48,736 nucleotides of DNA from Acidobacteriota bacterium (GTDB lineage: Bacteria; Acidobacteriota; UBA6911; JACQSX01). This document shows, piece after piece, positions 11,350 through 21,903 of the stretch. The notes under the pieces are model-generated. The model did no database searches, was not told where the DNA came from, and saw only the letters and a program-made list of their open reading frames with translations. Within the stretch, counting starts at the first letter, position 1, and the number at the start of each line of letters is the position of its first letter. The translations under genes and the position numbers were made by a program. The DNA is taken from assembly GCA_036507075.1 (NCBI GenBank), contig DASXQR010000216.1:1-48736 (forward strand). Direction: 5' to 3'.

Positions 11350-12282
11350 TCAGGCCCGGGGGTGGAACTGGTCGTAGATGCGGCGCATTCGTTCGCGGGT
11401 CACGTGGGTGTAGATCTGGGTGGTGGAGATATCCGCGTGGCCCAGCATTAATTGCACCGATCGCAGGTCGGCTCCATGTTCCAGCAGGTGGGTGGCAAAG
11501 CTATGGCGCAACGTGTGGGGAGACAATCGTGCTCTCACCCCTGCGCCTCGACCGTACTTCCTGAGCAGGTCCCAGAAGCCTTGTCGGGTCATTCGAGATC
11601 CCTGCTGTGTCAAAAACAGGAAGTCTGAAGTCCCAGGCTTCTGTGTCTGCAAATGTGTTGCCGTCCTTGTTTTGCGTCGGCTTCCGCGGATGAATTGAGG
11701 GCGGCCCTCGCGAACGTATCGGAGGACCCAGCGCTGAGCCGATTCCCCGATTGGAACGACACGCTCTTTATCCCCCTTGCCCACGCACTGGAGATAGCCA
11801 ACATCGATATTGACGTCTTCTATCTTCAAATTGACCAGCTCGCTCACGCGCAGTCCCGTCGCGTACAACAACTCGATCATTGCCTTGTCCCGCAGGCCGT
11901 GGCGCGTCGAAACGTCAGGGGCGCTGAGAATCGATTCAACCTGGCTTTCGGAAAGATACCTTGGCAGCTTGCTCCACGATTTTGGACTCTCCAGATGCTC
12001 TGTGGGATCCTTAGCGACCTTTCCATCCAGAATCAGGAAGCGGTAAAACGCGCGAATACTCACGGTGAGACGCGCAATCGAGCGCGGACCAAGCGAGTGA
12101 TGTGACGCGGACAAAAACTCCACCAAATCCGGATGCCGCAGTTCGAGGGCGTCCCAACCTCTTGAGATGAGGAAAGCATGCAACTTTTCAAGGTCACGCC
12201 GGTAAGCGAGGATGCTGTTAGGGCGCAGTCCCTTCTCCACTTTCAAGTAGGAGCAGAACTGATCCAGCAAGGCCAGGTTCAT
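11350..12282 (-). CDS. xerD: Site-specific tyrosine recombinase XerD
   Basis: [62 protein letters not shown], ending HPRA. Confidence 0.93.
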   Translation of the reverse strand: MNLALLDQFCSYLKVEKGLRPNSILAYRRDLEKLHAFLISRGWDALELRHPDLVEFLSASHHSLGPRSIARLTVSIRAFYRFLILDGKVAKDPTEHLESPKSWSKLPRYLSESQVESILSAPDVSTRHGLRDKAMIELLYATGLRVSELVNLKIEDVNIDVGYLQCVGKGDKERVVPIGESAQRWVLRYVREGRPQFIRGSRRKTRTATHLQTQKPGTSDFLFLTQQGSRMTRQGFWDLLRKYGRGAGVRARLSPHTLRHSFATHLLEHGADLRSVQLMLGHADISTTQIYTHVTRERMRRIYDQFHPRA

Positions 12283-12290
12283 AAGCTACT

Positions 12291-12390
12291 CAAATGCGGA
12301 TTTCGGAATGCGGAATGCGGAATAGCGTAAGAATTTTGTCGGCATTGAGTTGACTATATTCCGAATTCCGCATTCCCCATTCCGCATTTG
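12291..12390. repeat. GGAATGC-heptamer inverted-repeat element (family A)
   Basis: caaatgcggatttcggaatgcggaatgcggaata ... tattccgaattccgcattccccattccgcatttg. Confidence 0.92.
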
Positions 12391-12440
12391 TAAGCCTCGG
12401 CGTTTCGTCTCCGCCTATTCAATCTTCTATACTAATTTGC

Positions 12441-14138
12441 GTGTCCAGCCCGACTGAGCAAGATCCTGTTTCCCCGGAAAACGAGGGTTCCAGCGAACCC
12501 GCCGAGGCGGCCAGGGCCGCCTCACCCGGCATTGTGCGCTCTGCCGGAGTTGTCAGTCTTTCGGTAATGGCGAGCCGCGTTCTGGGACTGGTCCGCGAAC
12601 AGGTGTTTGCCGGCTTCTTTGGAGCAGGAAAGGAATACGACGCGTTTGTTACAGCGTTTCGTATTCCCAACCTGCTGCGAGATCTGTTTGCAGAAGGCGC
12701 GCTCTCCTCGGCTTTTGTCACCACCTTTTCTCAGTATCTGACAATCAAGGGAGAGAAAGAAGCAATTCGGCTTTCCAATCTGGTTGCAACGGCGCTGATG
12801 CTGCTGCTGGGAATCTTCACGGTTCTGGGGATTATCTTTGCGCCGTGGCTGGTGGACATAACGGCGTACGGCTTTTCCGAAATACCCGGCAAGAAAGAAC
12901 TTACCGTGGAAATGACGCGCATTATGATGCCCTTCATCCTGCTGGTGGCCCTTGCGGCCCAGGCAATGGGTATTCTGAACGCGCGCGGCTACTTCGGCAT
13001 TCCGGCGCTGGCTTCCGCTTTTTTCAATCTCGGCGCTATCCTGGGCGGCCTGCTCTGCGGTTTTGTGCTCGGGCCGGCGCTCGGCTTCCGACCCATTGTG
13101 GGAATGGCTATCGGAACCTTGCTCGGCGGCATGCTGCAGTTTGTCGTCCAGTGGCCCAGCCTGCACAAGGCAGGTTTTCGATACCGGCCGATGTTGAGCT
13201 TCTCCGACCCCGGTGTGCGGCAGATCATGAGACTGATGGGACCGGCGCTGATCGGAACGGCGGCCGTCCAGATCAACGTGCTTGTAAACAGCAACTTTGC
13301 ATCCAGCATCCGCGATGCGGCGGGAAACCCCATCGATGGTCCTGTGTCATGGTTAAATTACGCTTTCCGTCTGATGCAGTTTCCGATCGGCGTTTTTGGC
13401 GTGGCAATCGGAACTGTGACGCTGCCCGCCATTTCGCGCAGCATCGCAAGGAAGAATATCCCCGAGTTTCGCGACACCCTGTCACGCTCGCTGGGCCTGG
13501 TTTTCCTGCTTTGTATTCCTTCTGCCGCGGGTCTGGCGATCCTGGGTCGTCCGATCATAGGCGCCATTTATCAGCATGGAAAGTTTAACGCTTCAGACAC
13601 GAGTCAGGCAGCCGCCGCGCTCGCATTCTACTCGATCGGGCTGGCCGGATACGCCGCCATCAAGGTTCTGGCGCCCGCATTTTACGCCATGGATGACGCG
13701 CGCACTCCAATGTTGATCAGCGTCGGGTCAATTGCAATCAATTTTGCATTGAACTGGACATTGGTGCGGGTGCTTGGCTTCGGTCATCGCGGTCTGGCGC
13801 TTTCCACATCGCTGGTGGCGCTGCTGAATTGTCTGTTGTTGCTGGTATTCATGCGGCGACGGGTCCACAGGATCGAAGGCCGCCGGCTGCTCTCTTCCCT
13901 GCTGAGGATTTCAGCGGCGACCGGCGGAATGGCCCTGGTGTGCTGGCTGCTTTCCGGGATGATCCTCAACCGGCTGGGCGCGAGTACTTTCTTTGCTTAC
14001 CTGGCTTCCCTGGCGGTCGCGATTCCTGCGGGAGTCGGTGTGCTTTACGCGTTGTGCAGTCTGCTGGGAGTGCAGGAACTGGGAATGGTCAAAGAGGCTC
14101 TCTCCCGTTCACTACAAAAGAAATCACCACATAGTTGA
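12441..14138 (+). CDS. murJ: Lipid II flippase MurJ (MviN)
   Basis: SRVLGLVRE, AFRIPNLLRDLFAEGALSSAFV, RLMQFPIGVFGVAI; polytopic membrane protein. Start uncertain. Confidence 0.95.
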   Translation: MSSPTEQDPVSPENEGSSEPAEAARAASPGIVRSAGVVSLSVMASRVLGLVREQVFAGFFGAGKEYDAFVTAFRIPNLLRDLFAEGALSSAFVTTFSQYLTIKGEKEAIRLSNLVATALMLLLGIFTVLGIIFAPWLVDITAYGFSEIPGKKELTVEMTRIMMPFILLVALAAQAMGILNARGYFGIPALASAFFNLGAILGGLLCGFVLGPALGFRPIVGMAIGTLLGGMLQFVVQWPSLHKAGFRYRPMLSFSDPGVRQIMRLMGPALIGTAAVQINVLVNSNFASSIRDAAGNPIDGPVSWLNYAFRLMQFPIGVFGVAIGTVTLPAISRSIARKNIPEFRDTLSRSLGLVFLLCIPSAAGLAILGRPIIGAIYQHGKFNASDTSQAAAALAFYSIGLAGYAAIKVLAPAFYAMDDARTPMLISVGSIAINFALNWTLVRVLGFGHRGLALSTSLVALLNCLLLLVFMRRRVHRIEGRRLLSSLLRISAATGGMALVCWLLSGMILNRLGASTFFAYLASLAVAIPAGVGVLYALCSLLGVQELGMVKEALSRSLQKKSPHS

Positions 14139-14157
14139 GCACGAAAATTCGTGCTCA
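14136..14157. terminator. Hairpin between convergent murJ and corA (possible terminator; resembles a collapsed CACGAAT element)
   Basis: tgagcacgaa-aa-ttcgtgctca forms a 10-bp stem and fills the whole gap. Confidence 0.55.
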
Positions 14158-14158
14158 T

Positions 14159-15121
14159 TTAGAACCAGCGGCGTTTCCGAAACCAGTAAAGCATCGCCGA
14201 TGACAACACGACCATGAACACGATGGCGCCATAAAACCCCCACTTACTTGCCGCGCCCGGGATGTAGGGAAAGTTCATTCCAAAGATTCCACTGACAGCG
14301 GTAAAAGGAATGAAAACGGTGGTGAGGATGGTCAGCACCTTCATTACCTCGTTGAGGTTATTGGAAACTGACGACAGATACGCATCCAGCATGCCGGTAA
14401 GCAGGTCACGATATGAATCGGCAATGTCGGTCATGCGAAAGAGATTGTCGTAGATGTCACGGAAATACAGCCGCGTCGCCGGCGCGATGAACTGCGTCTC
14501 ATCGCGGCTGAGACGGTTGAACACTTCACGCTGGGGCGCGACGATCCTTTTCAAATGTGAGACGTCGCGTTTGATTTGGAAGATGTCGTTCAGTAACTGC
14601 CGATCCGGCCTTTGAATGGTTGCCGTCTCCAGCCGGTCAATGCGGTCGTCCAGTTTTTCCAGCTCCGGAAAAAAATTATCCACCATCCTGTCCAGAATGG
14701 CGTGCAGCAGCCTGTCCGGACAGTCCATCAGGCGGGGTTCCTCGCAGATGCGCTGGTAGGCGTAATCGATGCTGCGCTTGTGCTCGTCGTGAATGGTAAC
14801 CAGGAAGTTTTTTCCGAGAAAAACGTCTACTTCCGCGGTAACAAAGCACTCGTCGCTTTCCAGATAATTTACAGAGTGGATGACGATATAAAGATAGTCC
14901 GGGTACTCGTCAATCTTGGGATGATGGGTGTCGACCAGCGCGTCTTCGACCGCCAGCGGATGGAAATGGAATACCCGTGTGAGGACCTGCTGCTCCGCTT
15001 CGTTGGGGCGCAGCATATCGACCCAAATCCTGTCATCCGCGGCGAACTCCAGTGCCTTTGAGTCGGGGCGGTCATCACGGTCCAGCGATCCATCGGGACC
15101 CCGGCGCAGAATGCGGATCAT
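14159..15121 (-). CDS. corA: Magnesium/cobalt transporter CorA
   Basis: FHPLAVEDAL, NEVMKVLT, GMN signature and two C-terminal TM helices. Confidence 0.95.
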   Translation of the reverse strand: MIRILRRGPDGSLDRDDRPDSKALEFAADDRIWVDMLRPNEAEQQVLTRVFHFHPLAVEDALVDTHHPKIDEYPDYLYIVIHSVNYLESDECFVTAEVDVFLGKNFLVTIHDEHKRSIDYAYQRICEEPRLMDCPDRLLHAILDRMVDNFFPELEKLDDRIDRLETATIQRPDRQLLNDIFQIKRDVSHLKRIVAPQREVFNRLSRDETQFIAPATRLYFRDIYDNLFRMTDIADSYRDLLTGMLDAYLSSVSNNLNEVMKVLTILTTVFIPFTAVSGIFGMNFPYIPGAASKWGFYGAIVFMVVLSSAMLYWFRKRRWF

Positions 15122-15192
15122 GAGAGGAACCGGCCCTCTGCGAAGATTGAACAGCGGATCTCTGTTATCGGTCTATAATGCAGGCTCACGGG

Positions 15193-15410
15193 AAATGCGG
15201 AATGAAATGCGGAATGCGGAATGTGGAATGCGGAATGAAATGCGGAATGCGCAATGGGGAATGCGGAATACGGCCGAATTAAGTCCCGTAAACTATGGCC
15301 GAGTCTTTTCTGATTCCGCATTCCGTATACCCCATTCCGGATTTCACATTCCGCATTCCACATTCCGAAATCCGCATTTGGATACATTCCGCATTCCCCA
15401 TTCCGCATTT
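15193..15410. repeat. Expanded GGAATGC-heptamer inverted-repeat element (family A)
   Basis: About 78 nt of GGAATGC units, a 42-nt spacer, then about 98 nt of GCATTCC units. Confidence 0.93.
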
Positions 15411-15457
15411 GAAGGCGGATGCTAACACAGCAGCACAAAACCGTCCAAAAATCTATC

Positions 15458-16489
15458 ATGAAGCTGTCTGAAATAGCGCGCCGTTTGGAATGCGAACTCC
15501 ACGGCAACGGCGAGATCGAAATCACCCGCGTAATCGGCATTGAGAAAGCCGGCGACGGCGATCTCACGTTTATTTCCAACAAGAAATACTTCCCACACCT
15601 TAAAACGACCCGGGCTTCGGCGGTAATTCTGGCGCCTGAAATTCCCCCGGTGCCCATGCCCAGTCTTCGCACCTCCAACCCTTATCTCGCTTTTGCCCGC
15701 GCCATCGAGTTCTTTTACAAGTTCCCGGAACCGGAACCCGGGATTCATTCCAGCGCCATTATCCACCCGGAAGCATCGGTGGGAGAACGGGCGCGGATCG
15801 GGGCACACGTGGTGATCCAGCGGGGCGCGCGCATCGGCGCCGGGGTCACTCTCTACCCCAGTTGCACCGTTTATCCCTACGCGCAGATAGGAGACGGCAC
15901 AATCATCCATTCCAATGCCGTGGTGCGGGAATACGTGCGAATCGGCAAACGATGCGTGATTCAAAACGGCGCCATCATCGGCGGCGATGGATTTGGCTTT
16001 GCTCCGGCGGGTGACGGCACTTATCACAAAATAGTCCAGTCCGGCATCGTCGTGCTGGAAGATGATGTCGAGATCGGAGCCAACACCACCATTGATCGCG
16101 CCACGGTCGGTGAAACTCATATCCGGGCAGGCGCAAAGATTGACAACCTGGTGCAGATCGGACATGGCTGCGGGGTGGGAGAGAATTCCGTTCTGGCGGC
16201 CCAGGTGGGCCTGGCCGGAAGCACATCGGTTGGCAAGAACGTTATTCTGGCGGGACAAGTGGGCGCCGCGGGCCACCTCCATATCGGAGACAACGCCCGG
16301 GCCACCGCGCAGACCGGCATTCCCGGCTCGGTGGATGACGGCGCCATCGTGTCCGGCTATCCCGCGATTGACAACACGTTGTGGCGCAAAGCAAGCGTCG
16401 TTTTTCCCAAGCTTCCCGAAATGCAAAAGCGCATCAGGGAATTGGAAAAAACTGTCGAAGAATTGAAAAAGAAGCTGGAGAAAAAGTAG
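15458..16489 (+). CDS. lpxD: UDP-3-O-acylglucosamine N-acyltransferase
   Basis: MKLSEIA start, NPYLAFA, hexapeptide repeats, DGFGF, IGANTTIDR, KIDNLVQIGH. Confidence 0.96.
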   Translation: MKLSEIARRLECELHGNGEIEITRVIGIEKAGDGDLTFISNKKYFPHLKTTRASAVILAPEIPPVPMPSLRTSNPYLAFARAIEFFYKFPEPEPGIHSSAIIHPEASVGERARIGAHVVIQRGARIGAGVTLYPSCTVYPYAQIGDGTIIHSNAVVREYVRIGKRCVIQNGAIIGGDGFGFAPAGDGTYHKIVQSGIVVLEDDVEIGANTTIDRATVGETHIRAGAKIDNLVQIGHGCGVGENSVLAAQVGLAGSTSVGKNVILAGQVGAAGHLHIGDNARATAQTGIPGSVDDGAIVSGYPAIDNTLWRKASVVFPKLPEMQKRIRELEKTVEELKKKLEKK

Positions 16490-16523
16490 TGCGCGGGCTG
16501 CGTGTCTTCCTCTTCCTGCTGCC

Positions 16524-17177
16524 ATGAAGCGTCCCTGCGGCTGCGGTTGCCTCGGCTTGACTCTGGCAGCGGTTCTCTTTGCCGCTCTTCTCTACCTGTT
16601 CCGAGCCTGGGTTTTGCCTTTGCCGGCAGAATATCTGCTCCAGTCCGACCCGTTGAAAAAGTCCGACGTGATCGTCGTTTTATCCGGGAACGCCGTTGTG
16701 CGCGCCCCGGAGGCGGCCGCGCTTTACCGCGAAGGTTGGAGCCCGCGCGTGCTTGTGACCCGCGACCAACCGGAAGAGGGATTTTACGAGCTCCGGAAGA
16801 AAGGCATCTTGCTGCCGGAGAACATCGACATGGCCCAGCAAATCCTGGAAGGGCTGGGTGTCCCGCGAGCGAGCATCTGGCGCATGGAGGCCAGTTCGGA
16901 CAACACGCTGCAGGAGGCGCGCTACGCGGGCGAGTTTCTGAAAAAACAGCACGTCTCGCGCGTCATTCTGGTGACTTCAAAACTGCACAGCCGGCGCACC
17001 TGCCTGGTATTCCACCAGTTGTTTGAAAAGGACTTCCAGATCTGCTGCCGTTACAGCCGTTTTGATTCCTTCGAACCGCACTCCTGGTGGAAGGCGAGAA
17101 AAGCGACCCGGGAATTTCTGATCGAGCTGCAAAAGACCATCGCATACAAACTTCAATTCGCGTGGGGGAACTACTAA
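16524..17177 (+). CDS. YdcF/ElyC (DUF218) family protein
   Basis: N-terminal TM segment, DVIVVLSG, SxNTxQEA, LVTSxLHSRR. Confidence 0.85.
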   Translation: MKRPCGCGCLGLTLAAVLFAALLYLFRAWVLPLPAEYLLQSDPLKKSDVIVVLSGNAVVRAPEAAALYREGWSPRVLVTRDQPEEGFYELRKKGILLPENIDMAQQILEGLGVPRASIWRMEASSDNTLQEARYAGEFLKKQHVSRVILVTSKLHSRRTCLVFHQLFEKDFQICCRYSRFDSFEPHSWWKARKATREFLIELQKTIAYKLQFAWGNY

Positions 17178-17184
17178 AAAGACG

Positions 17185-17328
17185 GAACCGCCAAGAACGC
17201 CAAGAATAAAAGAATCACTTCCCTGTACCTCGGTCGATGTTGCAATTGTCTGAAATTTGAATTATTTCACTGACCTATGTTGTTAGATCCACTTTAAACC
17301 TTGGCGCTCTTGGCGTCCTTGGCGGTTC
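17185..17328. repeat. CGCCAAG-unit inverted-repeat element (family C)
   Basis: gaaccgccaagaacgccaaga ... cttggcgctcttggcgtccttggcggttc. Confidence 0.92.
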
Positions 17329-17345
17329 ACTTTTTTGCCCGACGC

Positions 17346-18662
17346 TCATTCATAATACTCCAACCCGAGGTGCGTAATCTGCTCCTTGCCGCGAAGATAT
17401 CGCAGCGTGTTCTTTAACTTCATCAACTGGATGAACAGGTCGTGTTCGGGATAAAGCTCGGGAGCGCACATCGGACTCTTAAAGTAAAACGACAGCCACT
17501 CCTGGATTCCCGACATTCCCGCGCGGCGCGCCAGGTCCAGGAACAGAACCAGGTCGAGAACCAGCGGCGCCGCCAGAATGCTGTCGCGACAGAGAAAATC
17601 AATCTTAATCTGCATCGGATAACCGAGCCATCCGAAGATATCCAGATTGTCCCAGCCTTCTTTGTTGTCTCCGCGGGGCGGGTAATAGTTAATTCGGACT
17701 TTATGGTAGAAATCCTTGTACAGATCCGGATAAAGCTCCGGTTGAAGGATCTGATCCAGCACGGAGAGCTTGCTCTCCTCCTTCGTCTTGAATGACATCG
17801 GATCATCCAGTACTTCTCCGTCGCGATTGCCGAGAATATTGGTGGAAAACCATCCGTGTAACCCCAGCAGCCGCGCTTTTAGGCCCGGCGCCACGATTGT
17901 CTTCATTAATGTCTGGCCGGTTTTAAAATCCTTGCCGCAGATCGGCGAGCCGTGCTTCTTTGCCAGAGCCACCATTGCGGGAACATCTACCGTCAGGTTC
18001 GGCGCGCCGTTGGCGAAGGGAATTCCCGACGTTATGGCAGCCCAGGCGTAGACCATGCTGGAAGGGATCGCTTCGTGGTTTTGCTTCATCGCTCTTTCCA
18101 GCTTCTCGGGAGTGGAGTGTACCGCCTGCGGCGTAATGTAGATTTCCGTGCTGCCGCACCAGATCATCACCATTCGGTCCAATTTGTTCTTTTTCCGGAA
18201 CGACTCCATGTCATCCTTCAATTGTTCCGCCAGATCCAGTTTGTTCTTCCCCTTCTTGACGTTGGGTCCTGTGATGCGAGTGACGTATTTTGAATCAAAG
18301 ACGGCTTTCCACGGTTGAATCTGAGAAAGCTCTTTCCTGAGTGGGTCGAGCAGCGAACGCTCCAGCACGCCTGCGTTTACGGCGGCGTCATACGCGTTGT
18401 CCGCAATCGGGTCCCACGCGCCGAAGTAAAGGTCGTCCAGTTCGGCCAGAGGGACAAAGTCCCTGATTGCGGGGATCTGCCGGTCGGTCCTCTTCCCCAG
18501 ACGGATCGTACCCATTTGCGCGAGAGATCCGAATGGCTTCGCCAATCCTTTTCGAATTGCTTCGACGCCCGCAATAAACGTGGTGCTGACGGCGCCCAGT
18601 CCCACCAGCAGAACGCCCAGACGTCCGCGAGCCGGTTCAATAGTTCGTCCCTTAGCTGTCAT
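17346..18662 (-). CDS. ino1: Inositol-3-phosphate synthase
   Basis: GLGAVSTT, GKDFKTGQT, STNILGNRDG, YYPPRGDNKE, CRDSILAAP. Confidence 0.93.
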   Translation of the reverse strand: MTAKGRTIEPARGRLGVLLVGLGAVSTTFIAGVEAIRKGLAKPFGSLAQMGTIRLGKRTDRQIPAIRDFVPLAELDDLYFGAWDPIADNAYDAAVNAGVLERSLLDPLRKELSQIQPWKAVFDSKYVTRITGPNVKKGKNKLDLAEQLKDDMESFRKKNKLDRMVMIWCGSTEIYITPQAVHSTPEKLERAMKQNHEAIPSSMVYAWAAITSGIPFANGAPNLTVDVPAMVALAKKHGSPICGKDFKTGQTLMKTIVAPGLKARLLGLHGWFSTNILGNRDGEVLDDPMSFKTKEESKLSVLDQILQPELYPDLYKDFYHKVRINYYPPRGDNKEGWDNLDIFGWLGYPMQIKIDFLCRDSILAAPLVLDLVLFLDLARRAGMSGIQEWLSFYFKSPMCAPELYPEHDLFIQLMKLKNTLRYLRGKEQITHLGLEYYE

Positions 18663-18740
18663 TTAGTCTCCTGAACTTTAGAAAAACGGGCATCTTAACC
18701 CAAAGCGGGGTGATCGGAGTCAAAAAATCATAAAAGCTTG

Positions 18741-18831
18741 AACCGCGAAGGCGCGAAAGCGCGAAGACAAACAACCACAAAGACACAAAGAACAAACAGG
18801 AAAACTTTTCGCGCTTTCGCGCTTTCGCGGT
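18741..18831. repeat. CGCGAAG-unit inverted-repeat element (family E) with a nested CACAAAG arm
   Basis: aaccgcgaaggcgcgaaagcgcgaa ... [aaccacaaagacacaaag] ... ttcgcgctttcgcgctttcgcggt. Confidence 0.9.
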
Positions 18832-18837
18832 GAGCTC

Positions 18838-20991
18838 TTACTCCACCACGATCTGCGAAAGATCGCCGACTTTGCTGAAAAGGCCGGATATGCGCCGGAG
18901 CAGGCGGAGGCGGTTGTTGCGCAGCTTGGGATCATCCGCCATCACCAGAACCTTGTCGAAAAAAGTGTCCAGCCGCGGACGCATCTGCGCCATGCCCTTG
19001 AGGGCATCATAATAATTGCGCGCATCCATGGCGGATGCGATCTGAGGTTCCCGGGTCTTCAGTTCCCTGTACAACTCCTTCTCAGCCTCCTCCACGAAAA
19101 TCTCGCTGCTGACGTTCCCATCGTCTGGAACATTCCCGGCCAGAATATTGTTGATGCGTTTGAAGGAAGTGGCGATCGCCTCGAAGTCCGGCTCCTTGCG
19201 AATTCCCTGAATCGCCCGCGCCCGGGTATGAAGATCGACCAGGTCATCGTACCCGGCTTCCACGACGGAATTGATCACGTCGTACTGCAGTCCCTCCTCT
19301 GAGAAGAGATGACGCACGCGCGCATCCATGAACTCAAACAGATGTTTCTCCACCTCTTCGTATTTACCGTTATCAAGCCGGTCTGCAAGCAGACCAAAGC
19401 TGTGACGGAACAATTCCCGGAGCGAGAAGGAAATATTTGCTTCAACGGCGATGCGCACTATTGCCTGGCATTGCCGGCGCAGTGAAAACGGATCGCTCGA
19501 GCCGGTCGGAATGATGCCAAGCCCGAAAAATCCGCAAAGGGTGTCAACCTTGTCGGCAATCGACAGCAGCCGGCCGGCCGCTGTCTTTGGAATCGGGCCG
19601 TCGGAGGACACCGGCATGTAGTGCTCATAGATTCCCTTCCACACCGCTTCGGGATAACCTTCGTCGCGGGCATAAAGGCCGCCCACTATCCCCTGAAGCT
19701 CGGTAAATTCTTTCACCATTTCCGTGGTCAGGTCCGTTTTGCAGAGACGAGCCGCTGCCTTTAAGTCCGCCTCGGCATCAAAAGAGACCAGGCTCGCCAG
19801 CCGCTGCGCCAGCTTGTCCAGCCTTCGGATTTTGTCTGCATAGCTGCCGAGCTTCTTTTGGAACACCACGTGCTCGAGCAGGGCAACACGCTCTTCAAGT
19901 TTCCGGCGGCGGTCGAAATCCCGGTAGAACCCGGCGTCCTGCAGCCTGGCTCGCAGCACTCTTTGGTGACCTACTCTGATCTTCTCGCGATCCGTGGAAG
20001 CCGTATTCAACACCGTAAGAAAATGCGGCTGTATTTTTCCCTGCGCGTCCGAGACGGCGAAATATTTCTGATGCTTTCTCAAAACCGTTGTCAAAACTTC
20101 CTCGGGGAGCTGCAGAAATTCACGCTCGAAGTTTCCCAGCATCACCTGGGGGTACTCAATCAAATGAATCACTTCTTCCAGCAGCGCAGCATCCTGGACG
20201 ACCATGAGACCGGACGGAACCTCGCTGTGAAGCCCGGCCTGAATAATTTCCCTTCGCTCATCCGCATCGATCAAAACAAAGTGGTCGGCCAGTTTATTCT
20301 TGAGTTCCACAAAAGAATGAACCGGAAAAACCAACGGCGCCATAATCGGATGGCCGGCGGTGGATCGGCCGCTCTTGACTCCGGCAACCACAAAGGGAAC
20401 GACTTCGCGCCCCAGCAGCGCCACCACGTAATGGATGGGACGCACGAAGCGCTCTTCGGGCATTCTCCAGTACATCGACTTTGGGAACGGAATGGAGAGA
20501 ATCAGGGGCGGCAACAGATCGGAAAGCACGGACATTGCCGGAAGGCCGGCGACATACCTGCGGCAGGCGACGTACTCTCCTTTCGGCGTGGATACGATTT
20601 CCACACTGTCCGCGGTGATCTGATTCTTTTGTAGAAAGCCCTGAAGGGCGCGCGTGGGTTTGTTCTGCGCGTCAAAGGCCACTTTGCGCGAAGGCCCCAT
20701 CACCTGTTCAACAATATCGTCCTGGCGCTCCGGGACTGCCGCGCAATGCAGGATAAAACGCCTGGGCGTGGAAAACATCCGCACCGGACCGTAGTCGAGG
20801 CGCGCGTTGCGCATTGCGTCGATGAAGCGCTGCTTCAGGGCTTCCAGCGCGCCGCTTACCATGGTCGCGGGGATTTCCTCGGTGCCCACCTCGAGCAGGA
20901 ATTCCGTTTTCTTGATCAACCCCAGAGGCTCGGACTCAGGCAGAGGCTCAGCCAGCGGGCTTCGGTTTTTCCTTTCAACGGCGACGTTCAT
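18838..20991 (-). CDS. glyS: Glycine--tRNA ligase beta subunit
   Basis: FLLEVGTEEIP, TPRR, HQKYF, EFTELQGIVGG, PTGSSDPFSLRR. Start may be up to ~25 codons later. Confidence 0.95.
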   Translation of the reverse strand: MNVAVERKNRSPLAEPLPESEPLGLIKKTEFLLEVGTEEIPATMVSGALEALKQRFIDAMRNARLDYGPVRMFSTPRRFILHCAAVPERQDDIVEQVMGPSRKVAFDAQNKPTRALQGFLQKNQITADSVEIVSTPKGEYVACRRYVAGLPAMSVLSDLLPPLILSIPFPKSMYWRMPEERFVRPIHYVVALLGREVVPFVVAGVKSGRSTAGHPIMAPLVFPVHSFVELKNKLADHFVLIDADERREIIQAGLHSEVPSGLMVVQDAALLEEVIHLIEYPQVMLGNFEREFLQLPEEVLTTVLRKHQKYFAVSDAQGKIQPHFLTVLNTASTDREKIRVGHQRVLRARLQDAGFYRDFDRRRKLEERVALLEHVVFQKKLGSYADKIRRLDKLAQRLASLVSFDAEADLKAAARLCKTDLTTEMVKEFTELQGIVGGLYARDEGYPEAVWKGIYEHYMPVSSDGPIPKTAAGRLLSIADKVDTLCGFFGLGIIPTGSSDPFSLRRQCQAIVRIAVEANISFSLRELFRHSFGLLADRLDNGKYEEVEKHLFEFMDARVRHLFSEEGLQYDVINSVVEAGYDDLVDLHTRARAIQGIRKEPDFEAIATSFKRINNILAGNVPDDGNVSSEIFVEEAEKELYRELKTREPQIASAMDARNYYDALKGMAQMRPRLDTFFDKVLVMADDPKLRNNRLRLLRRISGLFSKVGDLSQIVVE

Positions 20992-21015
20992 GAGAGCTTA
21001 TCGCGCAGAACGCGG

Positions 21016-21903
21016 TCAGGCAGTCTTGGCGGTGGTCTTCAACAGCGGATAACCAAGCCGTTCTCGCGATTCGATGTAGCTGGCTGCGATGCGGCAGGCC
21101 ATCGCGCGAACTCGATTCATCAAGCCGACGCGCTCCGTGACAGAAATTGCGCCGCGGGCATCGAGCTGGTTGAAGGTGTGAGAACACTTCAGACAATAAT
21201 CGTAGGCAGGCAGGATCCACCCCTCATCGGTGAGCCGGCTGCATTCTTTTTCAAATTGCCGGAACTGGTCGAAAAGCATCTGCGGGTCTGATTTTTCGAA
21301 ATTGTAGGCAGAGAATTCGTACTCCTCCCGCCGTCTCACTTCTCCATAGCTCAATTCATCATTCCATGGCAGCGAATAAACGTCATCGACACCGGCGATG
21401 AAAGTGGCGATGCGCTCCAGGCCGTACGTGATTTCGGCCGAGATGGGATTCAGATCAATCCCTCCTGCCTGCTGGAAGTAAGTAAACTGCGTGATCTCCA
21501 GGCCGTCAAGAAGCACCTGCCAGCCGATTCCCCAGGCTCCCAGAGTGGGAGATTCCCAGTTGTCTTCTTCGAACCGTATATCGTGCTCGCGCAATTTGAT
21601 TCCCAGCGCCTCCAGGCTCTCCAGGTACCAAGCCTGAGCCGCCAGAGGCGAGGGTTTCAAAATCACTTGAAATTGAAAATAGCGCTGCAGCCGGTTGGGA
21701 TTCTCCCCGTAGCGACCGTCAGTGGGCCGGCGCGAGGGCTGCACGTAGGCAACTGAGTAAGGCTCCGGACCGAGAACGCGCAGAAATGTTTCCGGGTGCA
21801 TCGTTCCCGCGCCCATTTCCAGATCGTAGGGCTGCTGCAGGATACACCCCTTCTTCATCCAAAACTGCTGCAGTTCTATAATCACCTGCTGAAAGTTCAA
21901 CAC
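21016..21903 (-). CDS. glyQ: Glycine--tRNA ligase alpha subunit
   Basis: [47 protein letters not shown] start overlaps the recO stop. Confidence 0.96.
   Translation of the reverse strand: MLNFQQVIIELQQFWMKKGCILQQPYDLEMGAGTMHPETFLRVLGPEPYSVAYVQPSRRPTDGRYGENPNRLQRYFQFQVILKPSPLAAQAWYLESLEALGIKLREHDIRFEEDNWESPTLGAWGIGWQVLLDGLEITQFTYFQQAGGIDLNPISAEITYGLERIATFIAGVDDVYSLPWNDELSYGEVRRREEYEFSAYNFEKSDPQMLFDQFRQFEKECSRLTDEGWILPAYDYCLKCSHTFNQLDARGAISVTERVGLMNRVRAMACRIAASYIESRERLGYPLLKTTAKTA

Noticed and set aside
11350..12282. Tyrosine recombinase as a prophage or integron integrase driving the repeats
   Set aside because: The sequence has the chromosomal XerD signature and a housekeeping context; nothing links it to the repeats.
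14928..15678. ORFs 14928-15425 and 15118-15678 with MRNAECG / FRIPHS repeats, and similar ORFs at 30-218, 22677, 39594, 11186 and 43507
   Set aside because: They are translations of the intergenic repeat arms and mostly overlap real genes.
15422..16525. Long antisense ORF opposite lpxD, and similar ones opposite leuS, metK, ahcY, pyrG and phoH
   Set aside because: These are shadow ORFs expected at high GC; they have no recognisable motifs.
17346..18662. ino1 as substrate supplier for the radical SAM cluster
   Set aside because: It is about 10 kb away and separated by unrelated divergent genes, so there is no direct support.
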